Part shown: one piece after another, positions 1 through 12,113 of the stretch
How positions within the stretch are numbered: the stretch's first letter is position 1
How the letters are laid out: each line of letters starts with the position of its first letter
From: Macrostomum lignano
Lineage: Eukaryota
Direction: 5' to 3'
DNA length: 64,000 nucleotides
Assembly (NCBI GenBank): GCA_002269645.1
Contig: NIVC01000980.1
Coordinates: 372,001-436,000, forward strand
Notes under the pieces: model-generated
What the model saw: the letters and a program-made list of their open reading frames with translations, nothing else
Databases searched by the model: none
What the model was told of the DNA's origin: nothing
Translations under genes and position numbers: made by a program

Positions 1-1070
1 ATGTGACCCAAAGACTAGGACCCAAATGCTTATATCTTATTGCATTAAGAGGGAAAGGTCTAATTAAAATGAAAGAATATATACAAGTTTGTCTCCAAAA
101 CTGCTAAATAGTTAATATTGTGCTTGAAATAAAAGAATAGGCCTAGCAATACTTACATGCAGCTGCTTCAAAGTTATAGCCAAATATAGCTAAGTAATCA
201 GCTAATCGACTCATCTGATTATTCCTTCTTTAATATAAGAATTGGAGTCACAAAAGAAAAAGATTTAGTCTTAAACTTCTAATTTATATTCTTCAGTTTT
301 AAGTGGATATAGTCGCATTTTACCTATTTTCTTGTCTTCATGAAAATATATTAAAATGCAACATAAAATAAGAACTATGTTTATCTTATCCGTAGTCTAT
401 CAACAGTCTCGAAAACAATCAAATTTTAGAACACTTGTAACATTTCAGTAAAAGGCTATCTGGCACAGTAAACCGAAAATGTTGCTTCACTGCCTAGAAA
501 ATAGATGAAAAATACTAATCAACTGCTTTCCCTTTCTTTTCATAGAAAATCTGAAACTGAATAATTTACTAAACTTAACAAAACTAACTTGATATTTTTA
601 AAAAAAGTTACGTTTTGGTGAAAATTGTATACCAGTTTTATTTTACCTAAGTGTGCACTTTTATTGAAATTTCTGCATAAGAAGTAAGATTATTATTTTG
701 AATTTAGTTATTATAGGAAATAGTACAAATTTTTACAGCTTTACTTCAACGTTCAGTAAAAAAAAATTGTTATTTATAGTTCATAATCTTATACCGGTTT
801 TTATAATGCATTTAGAATTCGAGTGCTATATTCAATTCCATATAAATAAACTTCTCTACTAAACGTCAAGCCTAGTCCAGATCTATTGCAGACTTCTATC
901 TATCGACTACTCATTTTCTGTCTGTTCAGAATTCAAGAGTTCTCAGTTCTGCCAAAACGTCAAAGTAGTAGAAGTTATTGCGCTACTGTTTAAAGCAACC
1001 TAAATTATAATTTTCTGTCAAATCACCTTTACTAAGACTAGAGTAGGCTCAAGGCCTCATAAAAAATACT

Positions 1071-1295
1071 ATGGCAACTCAGTCAACAGACGAAATCATT
1101 GAATGGCATAAGAGATTGGGTGGTGACAACTTTGATTATTGGATTCCACCAACTGTAACGGCCTGTTTTACAGAAGAGAAACTAAAAGCATTGAGTGATA
1201 TTCATTCTTCAGGAAATTTTAGCAACTTATCAGAATGTCTAAAAACAAAGCTTCTTCTTGCATTGTGTAATATGCCACAAAGAAACTCTGATCAG
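1071..1295 (+). CDS. NELFA: Negative elongation factor A, coding exon 1
   Basis: ATG..WHKRLGG..WIPPTV..KTKLLLALCNMPQRNSDQ resembles the NELF-A N-terminus (WLHNKLG..WAPPSI..KLKLLLGTLHLPRR). Ends CAG|GTAAGT, phase 0. Confidence 0.88.
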
Positions 1296-3799
1296 GTAAG
1301 TTTTAATTTTGTAACCTATTATTGTTTATTTAAGAGTATGCTTTATAAATGATATAATTATATAGCCTAGCTATTTTAAACTTGGCATTAGCTTAGCAAG
1401 CAAAAGCTCTGCATATATATATGGTCTAAGTCTAATACTAACAGCTATATAGATTGAATATATTGTGATTAAAAATGGCTCTGGCCAAAGTTGTTATTCA
1501 AGATTGTCATATATGGGTTATGAGAAAAACAACTTGGCCTAAATTATCTAAATTGTCATTGTCTTATTATTGTATTGTGTGCATTTACTTAAATTATCAT
1601 ATTGTGTTACATTGGCTATGCAATGATCTCAACTCATTGTGGCAACCATCTGCTTAGAACTTTAGTAATTAGGACTAGGACTAGGACTATTCCTAGTTAA
1701 ATTCATTGGGTCTGACTAAATATTTAGTGTCACATTGTATTGCATTATATTAGTTTAATAAATCTATAATAAGAAGCCATTATATATATTTTTAAACTTT
1801 AGTCAAGATACTATTTAATAGCTATTATAATAGTATATATAAATAAATTTATTCTAAGGTTTTAAAGATATTTTTTGTTCAATTGGATTTTTTTTCAAAG
1901 AAAGTTGATTTGATAATTCAATAAAATTAATTTCTTAATATTTTACTTATTAGGCCCTAGAGTATATCTAAATATACTAAATATTATCTATTATCCATAT
2001 TTAGTCCTATATAATTAAAATGCATGTTTGAAATCGAAGCACTTTATATATAACAAAATACAACTATAGTTACAATATATAATTAGTAAAGTAAATGGTT
2101 TTATACAATTATAGAACAAAGTTAGAGGTTGGATAAGATCTTGATCTTCCTATCATTATTCATGATTTTGACTGTTTTCTTAATCAAATCTCAATTAAAT
2201 CTCAATTTCAAAAGTGCCATGAGTCTGAGATATAAAATAAAGTAAAATAAAGAGCTTTAGTTTGAATATCAATATTTTGAATATAGCATAGTGTTACAGG
2301 ATAATGCTTCTGCCCCCTAGAATCCTACTAATGCCACTAGCTATTATAGGGGTAAACTTCTATCTTCCGAAACAATCTCACCGATTAGCCACTAGCTGTT
2401 ATAGGTGTTTTGTTCTGTCCCCTGTAATGATCTTACTGCTATTACCAAAGTTGTAACAATGTTGATTCTTTTTTGAATATCCTATTAGTCCTAACTTCTA
2501 ATTCCTGACTCTGGTATCATTCTGATAGCATTCTTAGTAGCATTCTGGTAGCATTCTTAGTAGGGTTCAGGTAGCATTCATATATTATATGGCCTGAGCA
2601 GCCTTCTGGTATGTGTACTTTTTCTCCAGTCTAGGCATTACCAAGATTAGAAGGTCACAGAGCTTACTCTTAGTACTCCCTTTGCATGAATTCCCCAGCT
2701 TCTCTCAACCTTCTGGCAAGTTTCTTAAAAACACTCTTACTTATCTTACTAGTAAAATACTTAATGTTTTTAAAAGATCTGAGAACAATTTAGCAAACAC
2801 TTATTATTGAACTAGCTATAAATGATTTAATCGCATAAGCAAGTTGGTTTTCTTTTCCTAAACTTTGCTCCTATTTATACCAACTGAAATGTGTATTTTA
2901 ATAATTTAAGACTATTATTAGAAAATATTTAGAAAAGTAAAACAAAATAAATTTTGGGCATAAGTTTATATTTAATTTTTTCTAAGAAACCCTATTACAA
3001 TAGATTACCTAGACTTTGATATAAACACATTGAATTAAAAATGAATTTGAATCAAATTAGTACCAAAAAACTCTGTGTCACCCATATTAAGGGATTTAGC
3101 CAAGTGTTTAGAAAATTGATGCACCCAAAAATGTCTGTTTTTTTACAAAATTAATAAATTATGTTTTTTTTTACAAAAGTTTACTTTTGCTTTTCAAATA
3201 TATAAAAAGTTGTACAAATAAAACAGCTATTTTCAGTTTTTAGCTTTGTCTTATTTAAACTAAATATCTCAAAATCTTGATCAAATATCATATTGTATCA
3301 TCAAAAAATATCAAATCTCAAAAATTCAATATTGTCCAACCCCTATATAAAGTCCTAAAATATGTACATTAAAGAAAAAATACAATGCAAATACAAATAT
3401 AGACATTAATTTCAGTGCATTATATAAGTATGCAGCATATGCCCTTGCTTATTAAAGTAATCAATTAAATTTTAAAGTTTTACTGATTTGTTTAAGTCAT
3501 CATTGTATATACAATTTTGAATATGACAATTTTTCTAAATAAGTCTATTAAAAACTAAAGACTTAATATTTGGTTTATTAAATATTTTGTTCTATATAGT
3601 CTATGTTAGTCTATAAATATAACTACTTTTGCTGTCCAGAAAGTCATGTGAGTGTATTATAGAAAACCAATTAGAACTACTAGAAAACATGATAACATTA
3701 CTATTTGGTAATTAATTATTACATTAATACCTTTGCATCAATTACAACATGTGAATAGGCAACAAGTTAGCAATAGTCAATAAGTCACCTAACTAGTAG

Positions 3800-3977
3800 C
3801 AGTAATGCAACCAGAAATCCAGAAATTTTTTAAAGGGGGAGCAGTTTTCAGAAGGTAAAGACCAGAGAGGGGCAAAGGGGGTGGCTCTGTTTTTGGCAAA
3901 AAATTGCTTGGTCCCCCTTTGATTTTTTCAAGTCTTTTCTCAATGTAGGCACAGCCACCCTCCTGGTTATGCCACTG
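3800..3977. mobile_element. Decayed hAT-like MITE
   Basis: Imperfect TIRs CAGTAATGCAACCAG ... CTGGTTATGCCACTG. No TSD recovered. Confidence 0.35.
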
Positions 3978-4891
3978 TGTTGAACCTCTTTTTTTTAAGC
4001 AACACATAAATAAGGTTGCACATTTTGTGTGCCATGTCAATAGCTTGGTTTTCTTTCTTGCTTGATTGACAAGTTTTATCAAAAGCTATTCTCTTAAAGA
4101 TTAGATCTTGCCTGTTTGTTAATGCCAGTTATATTCCAATTTGCTACAATAGTGCTTTAGCAAAAGTACCTATTGGAGCAAGTTAACAAACCACAGACAG
4201 CTATCTGTTGCATTTTCAATATTTTTCTGTGCTATGTTACACAACAGTTGAAGAGCAGGGTAATATTGTGTGTTTTAGTTGACAGGTGGCAATGCCAGAA
4301 GTATGGCACATTTATGACCCTTAGGAGCAACATAGTTGTCATTTGAGACTTTGAGCATAGAATTTCAGGACATTTATTTTATTTTCTAGGTTTTCATATT
4401 GGTCTTTATCTGTCATTTTTGCCGTTTTTTTTTTAATTTTTCAAATTGTTATTTTTCACATCATTCTGCCCCTTTTCATTCTTTTGTCTCATGTGTTGCA
4501 CTTTTTGCTTCTGTCATGCATCAATGGGTTTAAAGTAAAATATTACTTAAAATCCATATTGTCAAAGAAGTTCTTTATTCTAAAGAAAACCAACAAAGAT
4601 CAGTTTTGTTCAACAGTTAGTTAGCTTTTATTATGATATATACATTGTATATTCAATAAATCAATGTTGAACTTTCATTTGCTAATAAAGCATCCATGCT
4701 AAATAAATAGCTTTGTAAAATCAATTTTGATTCTTTGCCTTGCTTTTTAAACCAACCCTAGATAATAGTTTATTTTATTTTATTTTATTGCAAATATGCT
4801 GTCTATTAAAATTAATTAGTAGTGCTTATTGCCATTCCTATTTGCTCTACAATATCATTAGTAAGCTCAGAATAGACTTATAAGTAGAATA

Positions 4892-5300
4892 CTGGGTTTT
4901 TTTGTGCGAATGGGTGCGAATAGCATCCTGGTCTTAAAAATCGCACCCTGAAATTTGACTCAGGGTGCAAAAAGCGCACCCAAATTTTTGCAAGGATGTG
5001 ATGTGGGTTTTACAATTTAGTGTTTTACTGTTATGGACATCTTAAGTCCGTAACTTCGTATTCTTAGAATTAGCCAGTAATTTTTTGAATCTTTAATTAA
5101 TGTAAAGCAATTGTCAACTATCAATTAGATTTTGGTATTGGTAAGCACAAGTTTGGATGGACAAAAACTTTGAAACACTATTAGTATTAGACCAGTTTTT
5201 GTCTGCAGCAGTGCAGCGCATCCTGGTCTTGAAAATCGCACCCTGAAATCTAGCACAGGGTACAAAATCGCACCCAAGTTATGAACGAAAAAAAACCCAG
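4892..5300. mobile_element. MITE with 8-bp target-site duplication
   Basis: TIR CTGGGTTTTTTT..AAAAAAACCCAG. Flanks GTAGAATA/GTAGAATT. Internal direct repeat GCATCCTGGTCTT..AAAATCGCACCCTGAAAT twice. Confidence 0.6.
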
Positions 5301-5418
5301 GTAGAATTCAGTAAATCAGTAAATCAGTAAATCAAATTATCCAAGATTTCAGTAAATCAAAGGCCAAAACTAAATTGCACAAATTAGTACAAAATTGTCT
5401 CAATCTCAATCCATGCAG

Positions 5419-5961
5419 TGGCGAGAGCACATTGATGCAATATTCAATGTAGCGCTGAGCGAGGGAAGCGAGAGCTGGGTCAGGCCCATAGCCGACATGC
5501 TGTACACTCTGCCATCGCTTGGCTACCTGCGCACAGGCCTAGAAGACAATCCGCTAGTGTCGGAGGCGCTGACCGCTGTGCAGACTAAACGGCCCTGGCG
5601 GCTCAGTTCGCTGCCAATGGAGGCGGAATTTGTCAATCCGGATGTCCTGGCCGACCTTGGCTGTCCAGACGGTCAACAGCAGCAGCAGCAGCAGAGACAT
5701 TTTGTAATTGTACGCAAGCCGCGCTCGGTGGTTGCTATGGGGGTCATACTGGAGAAAGCGGCCAGGCAAAGAGACGACGCCCAAGGCGGCGGCAGGCGCT
5801 ACACGGCGCCAATTAAGATGCGCAGCTTCGCCAAGAACTGGTTCGACGAAGACGACCAGACTGATAGGCCGGCTAATGAGTCGTCTGCCGCTTCGTCTGG
5901 AGTTCGGCGCCCGGCCAATTCGTCTCTGTCTGCTGGCGGGCATCGGCTAGCGGGATCTCAG
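5419..5961 (+). CDS. NELFA: NELF-A coding exon 2
   Basis: CAG|TGG acceptor in phase 0. WREHIDAIFNVALSEGSESWVRPIADML..LPMEAEFVN..RHFVIVRKPRS matches NELF-A (DPWVLMVADIL, LPLECQYLN, KHFQLKRKPKS). Donor CAG|GTCAGG. Confidence 0.9.
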
Positions 5962-5989
5962 GTCAGGCTGTGTGCGCGTGTTCTCACTG

Positions 5990-6797
5990 CACCCCAGATA
6001 CATATGGATTACCCCAGATACCTATGGATTACCCCAGATACCTATGGATTACCCCAGATACCTATGGATTACCCCAGATACCTATGGATCACCCCAGATA
6101 CCTATGGATCACCCCAGATACCTATGGATTACCCCAGATACCTATGGATCACTCCAGATACCTATGGATCACCTCAGATACCTATGGATTACCCCAGATA
6201 CCTGTGGATCACTCCAGATACCTATGGATCACCTCAGATACCTATGGATTACCCCAGATACCTATGGATCACCTCAGATACCTATGGATTACCCCAGATA
6301 CCTATGGATCACACCAGATACCCTATGGATCACCCCAGATACCTATGGATCACCCCAGATACATATGGATCACCCCACATACATATGGATCACGCCAGAT
6401 ACATATGGATCACCCCAGATACATATGGATCAACCCAGATACATATGGATCAACCCAGATACATATGGATTACCCCAGATACCTATGGATCACCTCAGAT
6501 ACCCTATGGATCACCCCAGATACCCTAAGGATTACCCCAGATACCTATGGACCCCCAGATACTCATGGATCACCCCAGATACCCTATGAATCACCTCAGA
6601 TACTTTATGAATCAGCCCAGATACCCTAAGGATTACCCCAGATACCTATGGACCCCCAGATACTCATGGATCACCCCAGATACATATGGATCACCTCAGA
6701 TACATATGGATCACCCCAGATACCTTATGGATCACCTCAGATACCTTATGGATCACCTCAGATACCTTATAAATCACCTTAGATACCTATGGATCAC
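5990..6797. repeat. 20-bp minisatellite (CCCAGATACCTATGGATTAC), about 40 copies
   Basis: Fills NELF-A intron 2. Confidence 0.95.
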
Positions 6798-6838
6798 ATT
6801 TTTCACCGTTTTCCTCCCAATGCGCCCAAACCGAGCAG

Positions 6839-7137
6839 ATGCGCCGCCCCGTGCAGAGCCAGCCGCCGCTGCAGCTGCTGGCCAGGCAGCGCTCATCCGT
6901 TCACCCGCTGGGGACGCCGGTCGGCGGGTCGCACGGCCTGCATCATCAGCTATCGCAGCAGCCGCCGCAGCAGCGCACCACTAAACTGATTGAGCTGTCC
7001 GAGCCGCCCGCCATCGGCCGCGCCGCTAAGGCCCGTCGGCGTCAGGAAGAAGCGGAGCGCCGTCGACAAGAGGAGCGGGCCGCTAAGGAGGAAGCCGCCG
7101 CCAAGGCCGCCCAGGCTCGCGAAGCTGAGGAGGCCAG
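6839..7137 (+). CDS. NELFA: NELF-A coding exon 3
   Basis: CAG|ATG acceptor. TTKLIELSEPPAIGRAAKARRR resembles NELF-A VKLLDISEL..GREAKRRRK. Donor AG|GTAAGG, phase 2. Confidence 0.85.
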
Positions 7138-7180
7138 GTAAGGACTCTGGGTAGCGCTTAACTGGCGTTTCAAGCTCATT

Positions 7181-7587
7181 GATCCTTAGTTGCTGGGCCA
7201 GCCTCCCAGATCCCCAGTTGCTAGGCCAGCCTCCCAGATCCCCAGTTGCTGGGCCAGCCTCCCAGATCCCCAGTTGCTGGGCCAGCCTCCCAGATCCTCA
7301 GTTGCTGGGCCAGCCTCCCAGTTCCTCAGTTGCTAGGCCAGCCTCCCAGATTCTCAGTTGCTGGGCCAGCCTCCCAGATCCCCAGTTGCTAGGCCAGCCT
7401 CCCAGATCCCCAGTTGCTGGGCCAGCCTTCCAGATCCTCAGTTGCTGGGCCAGCCTCCCAGATCCCCAGTTGCTGGGCCTGCCTTCCAAATCCTCAGTTG
7501 CTGTACCAGCCCCCAGATCCTCAGTTGCTGTACCAGCCTCCCAGATCTTCAGTTGCTGGGCCTGCCTCCCAGATCCTCAGTTGCTCG
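7181..7587. repeat. 28-bp minisatellite (AGTTGCTGGGCCAGCCTCCCAGATCCCC), about 14 copies
   Basis: Fills NELF-A intron 3. Confidence 0.95.
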
Positions 7588-7653
7588 GCTGAGATTTCAA
7601 GACTGAGGCGAATACTCTGCAGTTTTTACAAATCCAGTGCTCCAACATTGCAG

Positions 7654-8125
7654 ACAGCAGGCCCTGGCAAAGGAGGCAGAGGAAACTGCCGCAGCGGCTC
7701 AAGCAGCCTCCGCCGCCGCGGTCGCTGCTGCCTCATCGTCGGTCGTGAATTCCAATGCGGCCGGCTCGATGCCCGCATCTGCGGCTGGCCTGCCGCATCT
7801 GTCCTCCCCGTTGCTGACGCCGTCCGGACCTGCCGGTGCACCGAATTTTGCCGGCCTGTCAACTGCAACGGTGTCGGTGTCGGCGCCATCCAGCGCGCCG
7901 TCGGTTGTTCCAGCGACGCTGCCTTCCCTGCGCCTGACTCCGGCCAGCACCTCGACGCTGACTCAGCCGACGAATCAGCAGCCTGTGCAGCAGCAGCAGC
8001 AGGCGGCGCAGCCTCAACCGCCCGGTGCATCGGCGGCAGCGGCAACGCCGAGCTACCTGCTCCCGTTCGCGCCAGCCTATGCCGGCCAGATGCAGCAGCC
8101 GACGCTGTTTGCCTACAGCCAGCCT
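7654..8125 (+). CDS. NELFA: NELF-A coding exon 4 (Ala/Pro/Ser/Gln-rich linker)
   Basis: TGCAG|A acceptor completes the phase-2 codon AGA. Open GC-rich frame QQALAKEAEETAAA... Donor CCT|GTGAGT, phase 0. Confidence 0.8.
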
Positions 8126-8251
8126 GTGAGTTATTCCAGATTGTCTCTTAGTGGGAGTTGGATTATGTGATCCTATGTTGTTGTACCTGTTGCTCGAATG
8201 TGCGTCTGCCCGCTGTCACACCTTCACTGCTAATCACATTTCACTGTCTTT

Positions 8252-8892
8252 TCTGTCAGCTACCCTATCTACTCTGTCAGCTACCCTACCTACTCTGTCA
8301 GCTACCCTACCTACTCTGTCAGCTACCCTACCTACTCTGTCAGCTACCCTACCTACTCTGTCAGCTACCCTACCTCCTCTGTCAGCTACCCTACCTACTC
8401 CGTCAGCTACCCTACCTACTCCGTCAGCTACCCTACCTACTCTGTCAGCTACCCTACCTACTCTGTCAGCTACCCTACCTACTCTGTCAGCTACCCTACC
8501 TACTCCGTCAGCTACCCTACCTCCTCTGTCAGCTACCCTACCTCCTCCGTCAGCTACCCTACCTACTCCGTCAGCTACCCTACCTACTCTGTCAGCTACC
8601 CTACCTCCTCTGTCAGCTACCCTACCTACTCTGTCAGCTACCCTACCTACTCTGTCAGCTACCCTACCTACTCCGTCAGCTACCCTACCTACTCCGTCAG
8701 CTACCCTACCTACTCTGTCAGCTACCCTACCTCCTCTGTCAGCTACCCTACCTACTCTGTCAGCTACCCTACCTACTCCGTCAGCTACCCTACCTACTCC
8801 GTCAGCTACCCTACCTACTCTGTCAGCTACCCTACCTCCTCTGTCAGCTACCCTACCTACTCTGTCAGCTACCCTACCTACTCTGTCAGCTA
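8252..8892. repeat. 21-bp minisatellite (CTGTCAGCTACCCTACCTACT), about 30 copies
   Basis: Fills NELF-A intron 4. Confidence 0.95.
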
Positions 8893-8923
8893 TTTCATGG
8901 CTGGCACTCCATTAACTTTTCAG

Positions 8924-9459
8924 ACTGCGTCTGCAGCGCCAAACAACATCACGGTTGTGCAGCTGGTCAATCGACCTTACGCGATGCAGCAGCCGCAGCA
9001 GCAGCCGCAGCAACAGCAACAGCAGCAGCAACAGCAGCAGCTTCAGCACCAGCCGCCGCAGCAACAGCAGCAGCTCCAGCACCAGCCGCCGCACCAAGCG
9101 GCCGCCTCCCTGTCTGTCCAGCTGACGCCAGAGCAGAGCCGAGCTGCCGCCGAGCTATTCGCCACGGCCAACAAGCTCACTAAGCCGGAGAAATCAGTCA
9201 TATTGGCTTTTATTGGCGGCAATAGGACTAATTTAACCCCGAGCTCGGCCACCTGGTTCGAATTCACCTGTCCGAATACAAAGAGCGCGTGTTCGATCAG
9301 AATCAGCGAGTCTACAAAGACGTCATTGCGGATCAGTATTTTCAAATGGACTACGCCAGCGGACACTGGACTATTGTTAAACGGTACAAGGAGGGCGCAC
9401 CCGAGGTGCTGGCTAGGCTGGACTATCTTCGGCCTCAGCAGCAGCAGCAGCAGCAGTAA
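8924..9459 (+). CDS. NELFA: NELF-A last coding exon, with a 1-nt frameshift near 9232-9237
   Basis: TTTTCAG|ACT acceptor. LTPEQSRAAAELFATANKLTKPEKSVILAFIGGNR is followed in the -1 frame by PELGHLVRIHLSEYKE..DQYFQMDYASGHWTIVKRY..Q7-TAA. This matches the NELF-A C-terminal domain (LTREQMFAAQEMFKTANKVTRPEKALILGFMAGSR..IQIKLSE..FEMNYATGQW). Confidence 0.88.
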
Positions 9460-10357
9460 TAGCAGGTTTAGCATCTGACATGTTTGCTTCGCTGCATCTG
9501 GGAATTAATCGATCATGTTTGTTGTTGTTGAATTAATAATGCTTAGATCTGTATTTATGTAGCCTGGCGTTTTGTAAATCAAAGCTTATTTTATTTTAAT
9601 TTCAACCATACGCATTGAATGTATACTTGTATATCTAGATCAGTATGTACTTTTTCTGAACAGAATGTAGTACGTACGAAAACCGTGTATAAATACAATT
9701 TGTTCAATGTACTTCTATTGTAGTTTAGCTTTTAGTCTAATGTACTTTAAATGGGTAAGTCTGGTTTAATGTACTTTAAATATTTAATTCTAGTGTAATG
9801 AACGTATATTTTAGATTACACTCGTAGCTTTTAAGTAATGTACTTTTAGGTGTACTAATCTAACGACGTAGTTTCTATTGAGCATGGTGCAACAGTCGCT
9901 AACTCTATACACACAAGGCTACTAATTTGCTGCTGCTAAAAATTTTACAGTTCAATCTCATCTCTGAATAATTCAATAATATGTAGATTGGCATTTTGTG
10001 CTTTGCTGCTCAGGTGTGAATTAGCTGACTAAAAAATAACTTGTGCCGCGCGAGCCTATTAACCATGTTACATTGTTACGTGTGCATGGATGTACCGCCT
10101 GTGTCTGTTATTCAGTGTTCCATCCTGTTAAAGTTTTCCGTGTCCATAATATACATAATCAATCGCTGCACTATTTTCATATTGGATAAGTGCTATTGTG
10201 CCAGCTTAAAAAATTTTAATAACTATAATAACGACTCGTACTAATTATTAATTCAACCTTGTAATTAGCCCTGTTTTTAATTATTTTTTCCTTGCATTAC
10301 TATCGTAGTTTAGCTTTTGATAAAGGGCATCCCAATTGGATCCACTTTTGGGGTTGT

Positions 10358-10670
10358 AGTCTCAAAGGTCGGGGGTTCGATTCCCGATCTCACTGGAACA
10401 ATTTGTGTCCTTGAGCAAGTCACTCAACTCTGCATTGCTTCAGTTGACCCAGCTGTAAAATGGGTGCCAGCATTCGCTGGGGTAATTGAGGGTGTGTGTG
10501 GCGACCCCCCCCCCAGTCCTTCAGATGCCAGCTACTCTGTCAGCCGTACGCAGCCTTCAGATGCGCCGTGCAAATAGCTGCGGCTGAGCTGTCGGTTGCA
10601 CATCTGCCCAATTGGGGCAGGTGTACTGGAAACGCAACTGGTTGGAAATAAACAATTCCTTATTGAAGAA
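10358..10670 (+). mobile_element. 5'-truncated tRNA-derived SINE with CORE-like central domain
   Basis: B-box GGTTCGATTCC, then GTGTCCTTGAGCAAGTCACTCAAC..CAGCTGTAAAATGGG. Second copy at 58320-58540 on the minus strand. Confidence 0.7.
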
Positions 10671-11568
10671 ACCTCACTATAATTTATTTAGTTTACAATT
10701 TAATAAAAGAATTCTTTGTTTGACAAAAATTATGTATTTTTTATGCCGGACAATTTCAACTAAAAGACGCTTAATGTGTGCTTTGCGGGTCGGGGGCATT
10801 CTTTGCTATTAGGCGTATGGCATATATTATATCAATATAACGCAATTGTATGTTAAAGTGCAGAAGCTGCGGTCGAGGCTTGGGAGAGAAGAAACGTAAC
10901 AATAATTACGTTATCGCGGTTATGAAGAGTTACAGACTAGATAAATTCAGATGTCATTAGTACAGACAAATTCAGTTTGTTGGGGTGCTAAAAAACTGGA
11001 AATACTATTATACTAGGGCGCTGTTTTATATTGAAACTAAAACTGTTATTGTACACTTTAAATAGTAGTGCTTTTTAAGAGAGAAAAACAAGCGCAGGCA
11101 TTGTACAGAAGGGTTGCACTTTTAGAACTAATATAAAATGATGAACAAGACAGCTGTCTATACGGTTTAAAGAGTCTTTGCGCACTGTGAAATGATTAAA
11201 ACTGTAATTGAATTAAAAGGCGAATCCAGTGAACTTCGATTTCTTTTTTAATTAAGGAAGTTCTAAACGAGGGAAGGGTGGTTGCAGCCAATAGTTATTA
11301 TTATTATATCTATATCTAAGCTCAGCTTACTGGAGAAGCGAATTCTATGTGTAGGACATATGGGCATAAAACAACAGGTGAAAATTACGAATTAACAATA
11401 GCATAACACGCGATACGACCGTCCTTTCTAGTGTAATAAGTGGCAACTTTTTGTCTACAGGTGCGTAAAATATCGCACTCAAGATATTTTTATATAAAGT
11501 ACCACTTTCAGCCCTGCAACTAATAAAATGTAAATCGTAAGTCTTGATGTTTTACAAGCACTTGCAGT

Positions 11569-12113
11569 CAGTGGCGTACGCAGAGAGGCCTCTTCTCTTC
11601 CCCACCCCCCAACGCAACCGACCGCCACCCCACCCCCAATACAACCGATCGCCACCCCACCCCCAACACAACCGATCGCCACCCCACCCCCAACACAACC
11701 GATCGCCACCCCACCCCCAACACAACCGATCGCCACCCCACCCCCAACACAACCGATCGCCACCCCACCCCCAACACAACCGATCGCCACCCCACCCCCA
11801 ACACAACCGATCGCCACCCCACCCCCAACACAACCGATCGCCACCCCACCCCCAACACAACCGATCGCCACCCCACCCCCAACACAACCGATCGCCACCC
11901 CACCCCAACACAACCGATCGCCACCCCACCCCCCAAAAGTTGTGCATCCAAAAACGAATGAACAGAGCTCAACATTCGCCACTTCTTGGCCGGGGCATCA
12001 ACTGGCCTAAGAGATAGGGGTAGGGGGCGGCTACCAAGGAGATTTGGATGCCACCCAATTTTTAAAGAGTCTGAAGAGGCCTCATCAAATTCAAACTCGT
12101 GCGTACGCCACTG
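11569..12113. mobile_element. hAT-like MITE containing a 27-bp tandem array
   Basis: Perfect 14-bp TIR CAGTGGCGTACGCA..TGCGTACGCCACTG. Flanking 8-mers CTTGCAGT/TGTGCAGC match at 5 of 8 positions. Confidence 0.7.
11610..11935. repeat. 27-bp C-rich minisatellite, about 12 copies
   Basis: Unit CCACCCCACCCCCAACACAACCGATCG, inside the hAT-like MITE. Confidence 0.95.

Noticed and set aside
9229-9241. Programmed -1 ribosomal frameshift in NELF-A
   Set aside because: T-TTA-ACC is not a proper X-XXY-YYZ slippery heptamer because the A-site ACC to AAC repairing is poor. I saw no clear stimulatory structure, so an indel error is simpler.
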